In this document: positions 42,079 through 49,716 of the stretch, piece by piece | Layout of the letters: every line of letters starts with the position of its first letter | Numbering within the stretch: the first letter of the stretch is position 1 | DNA from: an uncultured delta proteobacterium | GTDB taxonomy: Bacteria; Myxococcota; Kuafuiibacteriia; Kuafuiibacteriales; Kuafuiibacteriaceae | Assembly (NCBI GenBank): GCA_963803435.1 | Contig: CAWDML010000009.1 | Location: 1,280,001-1,344,000, forward strand | Length of the DNA stretch: 64,000 bases | Direction of reading: 5' to 3' | Notes under the pieces: generated by a model | Seen by the model: only the letters and a program-made list of their open reading frames with translations | Told to the model about the DNA's origin: nothing | Database searches by the model: none | Translations under genes and position numbers: made by a program

Positions 42079-43660
42079 GTTGGGGAGCTCGATCGATCGG
42101 TCGATGGTGCTGATGGTCGTGGTGCTGGCGCTGCTCGGGCTCTACAACCTGGCGTCGGCGGGCCGGCCCATGGGCGCCGAGCTCCACGTCAAGCAGGGCA
42201 TGATGGTGCTGATCGGCCTGGTGCTGATCTTCGCGATCGCCTCGGTGCACTACCGCAACCTGGAGGGGCTCGCGATCCCGATCTTCGTGGCCACCATCGT
42301 GCTGCTGCTCGCCACCTCGCTCTTCGGCAAGGTGGTCAACGGCTCCCGCCGCTGGCTGGTCTTCGGACCGGTCAACATGCAGACCTCCGACCTCGCCAAG
42401 ATCGCGGTCATCATCATCATGGCGCGCGTCCTTCACATGGAGCGCTGGGAGGGCGGTGGGCTGACGCTGCGGGAGATCTTCCGCCCGCTGAACGTGTCGC
42501 GGCCGCTCGCGGTGCTGCTGATGGTGGTGCTGTTGTCGTTGCTCGGGGACGCGCTGATGGCCCCGAAGATCGAGGTCGCCTACGGCAACCGATGGCGCGT
42601 GGTCGCGAAGATGAAGGCGTCGCACCCGAGGCTCGAGGTGGGCAAGATCGAGGGCGAAGGCCGCTACCGCATGCTCCAGAGCGGCGTTGAGCGCCGGCAC
42701 GCCGTCTTCGAGCGGATGGAGGACGGGAACTACCTCCTCGAGGACCTGGGGACCGAGGCCGGCACCTTCGTCAACGGAGAGAAGGTGATCGGCGAGGTGC
42801 GGCTGCACCACGACGACATCGTGCGCTTCGGCCTCAACCAGCGGGCGCAGCTGCGGTTCTCCTGGGCGCCGGAGCGGATCCAGCGGTTTCTCCCCTGGAT
42901 CGCGATCGTGAGCGCCCTGTGGCTCGCGGTGGCGTTCTTTCGCCAGTACCGGAAGGGCTCCTGGGAGACGCGCGACATCGTGGCACCCATCGACATGGTG
43001 GCGATCCCGGCGGTGCTGATCCTGATGCAACCCGATCTCGGCACGACGCTGGTGGTGGTCGCGATCGCGTTCACGATGATGCTCTACGTGGGGCTTCGGC
43101 CGATGTCGCTGCTGCTGCTGGTCAGCGGCAGCGCGCTGATGAGCGTGCTCGCGTGGTTCTTCGTGCTCAAGCAGTACCAGAAGGACCGGGTCTTGACGTT
43201 CCTCAATCCCACCAGCGATCTGGCGGGCGCCGGCTATCACCAACACCAGAGCTTGATCGCGATCGGCAGCGGCGAGCTCTTCGGCAAGGGGCACGGCCAG
43301 GGGACCCAGACCCAGCTGTCCTTCCTTCCGGAGCAGCAGACCGACTTCATCTTCTCGGTCTGGGCCGAGGAGCAGGGCTTCATCGGCTGCGCGCTGGTGG
43401 TGCTCCTGTTCGCGGCGCTCACGCTGATCGCGCTGCGGGTGGCGGCGCACGCCCGCGACCGGTTCGGCGCCCTCCTCGCGATCGGCGTGGCGGCGCTCAT
43501 CTTCTTCCACAGCTCCGTGAACATGTTGATGGTGCTCCGACTGGCTCCGGTCGTCGGTGTGCCGCTCCCGCTGTGGAGCAACGGAGGTTCGTTCGTCCTC
43601 ACGATGATGATAGGCATCGGCATTCTATTGAATGTATCGATGCGGAAGAGCTTCTTCTAG
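42068..43660 (+). CDS. rodA: SEDS peptidoglycan glycosyltransferase RodA with an internal FHA-like insertion (530 aa)
   Basis: GSRRWL, QTSDLAK, QPDLGT, YQKDRV, QSLIAIGSG..GKG, LPEQQTDFIF, GVPLP. Confidence 0.93.
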   Translation: MARRLGSSIDRSMVLMVVVLALLGLYNLASAGRPMGAELHVKQGMMVLIGLVLIFAIASVHYRNLEGLAIPIFVATIVLLLATSLFGKVVNGSRRWLVFGPVNMQTSDLAKIAVIIIMARVLHMERWEGGGLTLREIFRPLNVSRPLAVLLMVVLLSLLGDALMAPKIEVAYGNRWRVVAKMKASHPRLEVGKIEGEGRYRMLQSGVERRHAVFERMEDGNYLLEDLGTEAGTFVNGEKVIGEVRLHHDDIVRFGLNQRAQLRFSWAPERIQRFLPWIAIVSALWLAVAFFRQYRKGSWETRDIVAPIDMVAIPAVLILMQPDLGTTLVVVAIAFTMMLYVGLRPMSLLLLVSGSALMSVLAWFFVLKQYQKDRVLTFLNPTSDLAGAGYHQHQSLIAIGSGELFGKGHGQGTQTQLSFLPEQQTDFIFSVWAEEQGFIGCALVVLLFAALTLIALRVAAHARDRFGALLAIGVAALIFFHSSVNMLMVLRLAPVVGVPLPLWSNGGSFVLTMMIGIGILLNVSMRKSFF

Positions 43661-43757
43661 GTCGTGGGTGTTCCGGGCGGGCCAGCTGAAAAGGTGTGCC
43701 CAACGAGCCAGTTGAAGTACACCGTCCGCTCCGGACCCACGCTGGCGAGCTTCGCGG

Positions 43758-45845
43758 GTGGCCAATCGGGAGGGCCCCAGCGATAATTCGACGACCCGCT
43801 TGGAGAAGAACGCACCGATCAAGAGCTTGCCCTTCCGGTACGGGAAGTACGAGCTCGTCGCTCGCCTCGGCTCGGGCGGGATGGCCGAGATCTTCCTGGC
43901 GCGGCAAGCGGGCGCAGGTGGGTTCGTGAAGCCGACCGTCATCAAGCGCATCCTTCCCCAGCTCGCCGAGGACGAACGGGTCGAGGCGGCTTTCATCGCC
44001 GAAGCCCGCCTGATGGCCGAGGTCCGCCATCACAATGTCGTCCACGTCTATGAGCTCGATCGCCTGCCGAGCGGCGAGTTCTTCATGGCCATGGAGTACG
44101 TCGAGGGCACCGACCTACGCGCGCTGCTGAAGTCGGCGACCCGCGCAGGTCTGCGCCTGCCACCGTGGATGGCGGTCAAGATCACGTGCGACATCCTCGA
44201 CGCCCTCCACATGGTCCACGATCTCAAGGACGACCGCGGCCGCTCCCGTAACGTGGTCCATCGAGACGTGACCCCTTCAAACATCTTCATCTCGGCCCAG
44301 GGCGACGTGAAGCTGGGCGACTTCGGTGTCGCCAAGGACGACCAGCGCCGCACGCTCACCCGGCGCGGTGAGGTCAAGGGAAAGGTGGCGTACATGGCGC
44401 CGGAGCAGCTGGCCCGCGGCACCGTGGATCGCCGAGCCGATCTGTTCTCGATGGGGGTGGTGCTCTGGGAGTGCCTCTCGCAGCGGCGACTGTTCGGCGG
44501 CGGCGAGCTCCCGGATCTGGTGGTCATGAACATGATCTGCACCGGTCCGCGGATCGCGCCCTCCCGTTTCCGGCGCGACGTGCACGTGACACTCGACGCT
44601 TGCGTGCTGCGCGCGCTCAACGCCGATCCTGAGGCGCGTCATCAGACGGCCGAAGGCTTCCAGACCGAGCTGCTCGAGATCCTCGATACCATCCACGGCC
44701 CCGTGCACTCACCTGAGATCTGCGAGACCGCCGAGATGATCCTCGGTCGCAAGCCACCCTCGGAACGCCTGTTCCTCGCCACGGTTACTCCCGAGGGCAG
44801 CGAAAGTGACAAGTGGGACGGCTCTTGGGATCAACGACCGACCGAGGTCGGCTCCGACCTCCGGCTCAATCCACCGCCCTCGATCTTCGCGGCCGAGACC
44901 AGTTACCGGGGACCGTTCCCCTTCTGGATACGCGAGGGCGAGACCATCAAGGGACCGATCCACTACTTCGACAGCCTCAAGCTGCTCGCCAAGGGAAACG
45001 ATGCCGGAGATCGGGTCCTGATCTCCGCCGATCGGCTCGACTGGTTCGACGCCTCCGACTTCGCCGATCTGACCGGTCAGGAGGCGATTCGGCCGCCCGA
45101 GGACGAGCGGACCGCGGTCATTCACGGCGCGCTCAAGGACTGCAGTCTGATCGCCATGCTCGCCCTGCTCGGCCTCGAGAGGTCGACGGGCATCCTGCGC
45201 GTCTCGGGGACCCCGGAGCGTGCGCTGATCCACGTCAGCGATGGCGTCCTGACGCATATCTCGTCGACCTCGCCGAGGCAGCAGACGGTCGAGCTCCTCG
45301 TGCGCGACGGCCTCATTCAGCCCGCCGACATCCCGGCGCTCGTCCATCGCCTCCTGATCGGTCGCACGCCGCTCGAGGAGTTTGCGGTGAGCGCCGGCTG
45401 GGGAGGGGATAGCCTCTCCTTCTGGCGCAGCGTCATGAAGCGAAGGCTCCTCGCGATCCTGGAGAGCCGCGCGGAGTACGACTTCTTCACCGTCGAACCG
45501 CGCGTGCGCGCGCCGCTCGGCACCGATCTGGTCACGCTGCTCCCCGAGCTGGTCCGCCAGGGGATGTCGGGACACGGCCTGCGACTCCGGCTCGGGAAGG
45601 CCATCGACACGCCGCTCTCTCGCTCGCCCGACTTCGAAGAGATGTTCAATCGCTTCGGACCTGATGAGCTCGACACCGAGATCGTCGAGCACCTCACGCG
45701 TACCCGCACGGTGAATGCCGCGATCCACGGGTACCCGGACGACGAGTCGTCGCTCCTCGCCTGGGCGTATCTGCTCGTCGAATCCGGTGCGCTACTTCTT
45801 GAAGATACCGAGGCTGGGAGCGGATGCGCGGTGATCGCGGAGTGA
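43758..45845 (+). CDS. Hanks-type Ser/Thr protein kinase with an uncharacterised (DUF4388-like) C-terminal region
   Basis: LGSGGMAEIF, VIKRI, HRDVTPSN, DFG, GKVAYMAPE; start codon uncertain. Confidence 0.9.
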   Translation: MANREGPSDNSTTRLEKNAPIKSLPFRYGKYELVARLGSGGMAEIFLARQAGAGGFVKPTVIKRILPQLAEDERVEAAFIAEARLMAEVRHHNVVHVYELDRLPSGEFFMAMEYVEGTDLRALLKSATRAGLRLPPWMAVKITCDILDALHMVHDLKDDRGRSRNVVHRDVTPSNIFISAQGDVKLGDFGVAKDDQRRTLTRRGEVKGKVAYMAPEQLARGTVDRRADLFSMGVVLWECLSQRRLFGGGELPDLVVMNMICTGPRIAPSRFRRDVHVTLDACVLRALNADPEARHQTAEGFQTELLEILDTIHGPVHSPEICETAEMILGRKPPSERLFLATVTPEGSESDKWDGSWDQRPTEVGSDLRLNPPPSIFAAETSYRGPFPFWIREGETIKGPIHYFDSLKLLAKGNDAGDRVLISADRLDWFDASDFADLTGQEAIRPPEDERTAVIHGALKDCSLIAMLALLGLERSTGILRVSGTPERALIHVSDGVLTHISSTSPRQQTVELLVRDGLIQPADIPALVHRLLIGRTPLEEFAVSAGWGGDSLSFWRSVMKRRLLAILESRAEYDFFTVEPRVRAPLGTDLVTLLPELVRQGMSGHGLRLRLGKAIDTPLSRSPDFEEMFNRFGPDELDTEIVEHLTRTRTVNAAIHGYPDDESSLLAWAYLLVESGALLLEDTEAGSGCAVIAE

Positions 45846-48440
45846 CTTCCGCAGATCGACGATCCCGATGATCTCGGTGCGGTGTCCGGGCTCGACGTTG
45901 ATGGCGAGCTGACTGAGCGCCGAAAGCATGATCCGGAACCCGAGGTGCGCACTGGTCGCGTCCTCTGCGAAGCCCTCGCGCTGTGCCCGCGCCGCCGCCT
46001 CGAGGCCCGAGTAGATGTGATCGACCTCGAGCACCCCATGGTCGTCGAGAACGCCGACACAGAGGAGCCGCCCGTCCGCGCCGCATTCGACGGTCACCGG
46101 CAGATCGCTCTGGAATGTGAGCTGAGCCGGCCGATACAGCGCGTTGATCAGCATCTCGTCAACGGCCGAGATCAACAGATCGGTCACGCGCGGATGACAA
46201 TCCACCTCGTCGGCCACGGCGCGGACACCGGCCAGGACGAAGCTCTTCTCGGCGGGCTGGCTCACACTCCATGACTTGATGTCGGCGCCGGCGAGCAGGT
46301 AGCGATGCACGCCGAAGAATTCCTGACGAAGCAGCTTGGTCAGGGTCGCGAACAGCGACTCGGTCGGGTTGGCGCGGCCGCTGATCAGATGTTCGACGTG
46401 GCGGCTCGAGATCATCTCGATGGCACGCTCGCGATCGAGATCTTCGTTGAGCACGATGATGCGGAAGGGCTCGGTGGCCTCGCGCCGCATCTCCAGGAGA
46501 CGCGCGCCGACGTCGCCCTGGAGGGCGCGATCCCCGACGACGATCAGCGAGCAACCCGCCAGAACGTCGTCAGGGATCTTCTGATCGGGATCGACCACGT
46601 GGACCGCGTGCTTGGTCGTCCGCAGCACTCTCTTGGCGACCGCGAGATAATCCGGGTCGTTCGTGATGACCACGGCCTTGCGCTTCTCCCAGCGCCGCGT
46701 GTGAGCGGACTCGTGAAAGTCGCCCGACTTCAAGCAGATCAGGCCCGCGTGATACTCGCTCTCGATCGCCTTCGACCAGGCGACCCTACAGAGCAGCGGG
46801 TTCGGTCGATCGTCGAAGAACACCAGGCCGTGCGAGTTGCGCTTGAGGAGACGCGCGCGATCTCGAAGCGCAAGACCGCTCGAGCTGATGTTCACCGAGG
46901 AGAGTCGGAGCGCGCTCCGAGAATCGAGCTCGGGCAGCGGGATGAACGTCACCGGCAGCTCGAGCGCCATACGCGGTTCGCGGCGATGCTCGGAGCTACC
47001 CGTGTCGAGACCCACCGAAGCCCCCGCGTGCACCGTGCGGTTCTTACCCGCTGCTTTGGCACGCGACAGGGCCTCCTGCGCTTTGCTCACCAGCTGGTGC
47101 GGAGTGTCGGCGTCGATCGTCGGGTGCGACGCGACGCCGCAGCTCACCGAAAGGCTGAACATGCCTTCCTCGGCCTGGATCGGGTTGGTCTTGAGCAGGA
47201 CGCGCGCACGCTCGATCAAGCGCTCCGCACCCACCGCGCCGGTCTCGGGCAGGAGCAGGAGGAACTGATCACCGCCGATCCGGAGAACGTGATCGGCGCT
47301 CCGGATCAGGCCCTTGAGGCCCTCGGCCAGATGGATCAAGGCCATGTCGCCCACGCTCCGCCCGCGGAGCTCGTTGATCTCGGCGAAGTGGTCGACGTCG
47401 ACGATCACGACCGAGAGCTGCAGGCTGTAGCGGCGCGCGCGACTCCACTCGCTCTCCAGGATCTTGTCGAGGAAGCGACGGTTGTGGACGCCGGTCAGCG
47501 GATCGGTGTCCGAAAGCCGGCGCGCGGTCTCGAGCATGCGCGCACGATCGAGGGCCACCGCCACGTGCGACGCGACCGCGAAGAGAGCGTACACCTCTTC
47601 CTTACCCCAGGCCCCGGCGCGCACGGTGATACAACCGACCACGCGCGCGCCCGCGATGAGGGGGCAGACCTCGATCTTGGGGGCGTCCGAAGTGCTCGAA
47701 CGCGGTGGCGAGTCGTTGTTCGGAAGTAAGGTGGGTTGCACATACTCGATGGCGTCGGCCTTGAGCCCGAGCGTGCTTTGGAGCTGGTTGGCGGCGGCGC
47801 AGGAGACATCGGCGATCTCGACCAAGATCTGATGGGCGACGGGTCCGGACTGAAAGATGTACAGCTTCGGTCCGCCGTCTTGCACCGTCAGGACGCCGAG
47901 CACCTCGAAGTCGATCAGATCGCGGAAGCCGCGGCTGAGCTCACGGAGGATGCCGTCGGTCGTCTCCTGGCCGGCCAGCGCGGAGAAGAGGTTCTGGGTG
48001 GCGCGGAAGCGCGCGAAGGCCTCGCTCGGATCGTCGTCGTCGCCGAGCGCTTCGCGGTGCCGTTGCTCGAGACGCGCCTCGAGGTGAAACCGCTGGATGA
48101 CCTCCTGGAGCTTCGACGGCTGAGCGCGGCTCACCACTGCGTCGCAGGCGCCGACCATCCATAGGCGCTGCGCAAAGCGAGCGCGCGGCGTGCTCTCCTC
48201 GTGGACCAGCACCACCTTGGAGTAGGGAGAACCGGTCCGCAGCTCCTCGAGGCGTTTCCTTGCGTCGGCGCCCATGGTCTCGAGCGCGACCACCGAGACG
48301 TGGTGGGCACCCGCGCGAAGGCTCGCGTTGAGGTCATCGAGCTGGGTGTAACAGGTCGTTGTGATGCGGCTATCCGAAAGGAAGCCGACCAACCGCTTCC
48401 TGGGATCCGGATCGTAGAGGCCGACCGCGAGCGAGTCCAA
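45792..48440 (-). CDS. Multidomain c-di-GMP protein: REC-like, GAF, degenerate GGDEF, PilZ, REC-like, HATPase-like
   Basis: TDPLTGVHNRR, DVDHF, RSAD..RIGGDQF; RREPR...NISSSG; AVDEMLINALY...DDHG...HLGFRIM. Confidence 0.8.
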   Translation of the reverse strand: MDSLAVGLYDPDPRKRLVGFLSDSRITTTCYTQLDDLNASLRAGAHHVSVVALETMGADARKRLEELRTGSPYSKVVLVHEESTPRARFAQRLWMVGACDAVVSRAQPSKLQEVIQRFHLEARLEQRHREALGDDDDPSEAFARFRATQNLFSALAGQETTDGILRELSRGFRDLIDFEVLGVLTVQDGGPKLYIFQSGPVAHQILVEIADVSCAAANQLQSTLGLKADAIEYVQPTLLPNNDSPPRSSTSDAPKIEVCPLIAGARVVGCITVRAGAWGKEEVYALFAVASHVAVALDRARMLETARRLSDTDPLTGVHNRRFLDKILESEWSRARRYSLQLSVVIVDVDHFAEINELRGRSVGDMALIHLAEGLKGLIRSADHVLRIGGDQFLLLLPETGAVGAERLIERARVLLKTNPIQAEEGMFSLSVSCGVASHPTIDADTPHQLVSKAQEALSRAKAAGKNRTVHAGASVGLDTGSSEHRREPRMALELPVTFIPLPELDSRSALRLSSVNISSSGLALRDRARLLKRNSHGLVFFDDRPNPLLCRVAWSKAIESEYHAGLICLKSGDFHESAHTRRWEKRKAVVITNDPDYLAVAKRVLRTTKHAVHVVDPDQKIPDDVLAGCSLIVVGDRALQGDVGARLLEMRREATEPFRIIVLNEDLDRERAIEMISSRHVEHLISGRANPTESLFATLTKLLRQEFFGVHRYLLAGADIKSWSVSQPAEKSFVLAGVRAVADEVDCHPRVTDLLISAVDEMLINALYRPAQLTFQSDLPVTVECGADGRLLCVGVLDDHGVLEVDHIYSGLEAAARAQREGFAEDATSAHLGFRIMLSALSQLAINVEPGHRTEIIGIVDLRKSLRDHRASAPSLGIFKK

Positions 48441-48890
48441 TCAGACCTCGAAAACCTGGAAGTATTGATCCAGCTCGTCGAAGTACATTTGCTCGCTGCA
48501 GCTCGAGCAGCGCTTCTCGGTGAGACTGCTCCCGAGCTCGGAGCGGCGCACGACCACGTTCTCGGCGCGGCTGCAACTCGGACAGAAGAAGGGCGCCATA
48601 CACGACTCCACACGGCCCGCTCCAAAGAAGCGCCGGACACAGATCGCTTGCATCACGATCGGATAGGACACGGCCTCGATGGTGAACTCATGGACCGTGG
48701 AGAGTTTGTTCATCGCCTCGACCCAGTTGCGCACGCCGACCGAGTTGATCCGCTCCACGCCACGGAGATCGAGCTCGACCTGCGGGGTGAGGCCGGAAAA
48801 CACCGGTCCCAGATCGACCGTGTCGTCGATGGCGCCCAACAGTGCGATCCGGAGAACGCCATCTCTTTCCGCGCGGTTCACCCTGAGCAT
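48441..48890 (-). CDS. STAS (anti-anti-sigma-like) protein with C-terminal Cys4 zinc ribbon
   Basis: LGAIDD, LDLRGVERINSVGV, FFCPSC...RCSSC; its stop abuts the next gene's TTG. Confidence 0.75.
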   Translation of the reverse strand: MLRVNRAERDGVLRIALLGAIDDTVDLGPVFSGLTPQVELDLRGVERINSVGVRNWVEAMNKLSTVHEFTIEAVSYPIVMQAICVRRFFGAGRVESCMAPFFCPSCSRAENVVVRRSELGSSLTEKRCSSCSEQMYFDELDQYFQVFEV

Positions 48891-49034
48891 GGATCGCATC
48901 CTACGCAGAGGCGGAGACAATCGGCAGGGGGGTTCGTGTGCGTGCTGCAGCACCCTCGCGCCTCCGGGAAACTCCGCGCTGCGTGTCCTCGAGCGGGCGG
49001 GCTAGGAGCGTGTAGCGCGTAGCGCTACCGCGAG

Positions 49035-49070
49035 CCCGGTCCGGGTCCCGGTCCCGGTCCCGGTCCCGAT
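49035..49070. repeat. Six CCCGGT-type hexamers (left arm)
   Basis: CCCGGT CCGGGT CCCGGT CCCGGT CCCGGT CCCGAT. Confidence 0.95.
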
Positions 49071-49075
49071 GGCGA

Positions 49076-49443
49076 TCATGCAGCCCGGCGTGTGTTCATC
49101 GACTTGATGAGGCGCGTGAGCCTCTCGACAACGCGCTTGAGCTTGGCTCTGGCGGCTTGGACCTTCTGCTCGTTGGCGAGTCGGCGCCTCGAGCAGGTGT
49201 GGAGTGAGGCGGCGCTTTCGGTGCCAGAGCGAAGTGCCATCCGGTAGAAGAGAGCCTTCTCAGGTGGATTGAACTCTCCGGCGCCCTCGGCGGTGTTGTT
49301 CACGATGGAATCAGATGCCCGCCGAAGCTGCTCGCGGACGTGAGCGTGACCGGGTTGCAGTTCTTGCGCGATCTCTTCAGCGATGTCGGCATACTCGACG
49401 CGAGCTGGTAGACCTCGAGCTTCTCGTGATCGAAAGTGACCAT
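49076..49443 (-). CDS. Four-helix-bundle protein (23S rRNA IVP / Avd-like family), 1-bp frameshift near 49400
   Basis: MVTFDHEKLEVYQLA / EYAD...EQLRRASDSIVNNTAEGAGEF...FYRMALRSGTESAA; one added base rejoins a ~122-aa ORF. Confidence 0.85.
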
Positions 49444-49498
49444 GCAAGCTAGCTTGCGGTAGCTCGTCCACTTTGACCAGCAGAAGTTCTTGGAGGTT

Positions 49499-49576
49499 GG
49501 CTGGACGCTCGTCTGCCTCACCCACAACCTGCTCAAGCTCTACCGATCGAAGCTCGCGACCGTCGCGAGCGTCTGA
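49499..49576 (+). pseudogene. C-terminal remnant of an IS1182-like DDE transposase
   Basis: GWTLVCLTHNLLKLYRS...stop resembles the xWxLxCxxHNLxKL terminus of these transposases; in-frame stop at 49460 and no upstream body. Confidence 0.6.
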
Positions 49577-49596
49577 CTCAAGGCAGCCATCTTCAG

Positions 49597-49686
49597 ATCG
49601 GGACCCGGACCGGGATCGGGACCCGGACCGGGATTGGGACCCGGACCGGGACCGGGACCCGGACCGGGACCGGGACCCGGACCGGG
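49597..49686. repeat. Fifteen ACCGGG-type hexamers arranged as five 18-mers (right arm, inverted relative to the left arm)
   Basis: (A[TC][CT]GGG ACCCGG ACCGGG) x5. Confidence 0.95.
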
Positions 49687-49716
49687 GTCGCGTGAGCGCT
49701 TACGCGCTACACGCTC

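Noticed and set aside
49076-49443. Diversity-generating retroelement (Avd) or 23S rRNA intervening sequence
   Set aside because: No reverse transcriptase, template/variable repeat pair or rRNA in the window
49597-49686. Possible CRISPR array or Asp-Arg-Asp-Pro repeat protein (ORF 49473-49856)
   Set aside because: Tandem hexamers without spacers or cas genes; the ORF is only a translation of the repeat
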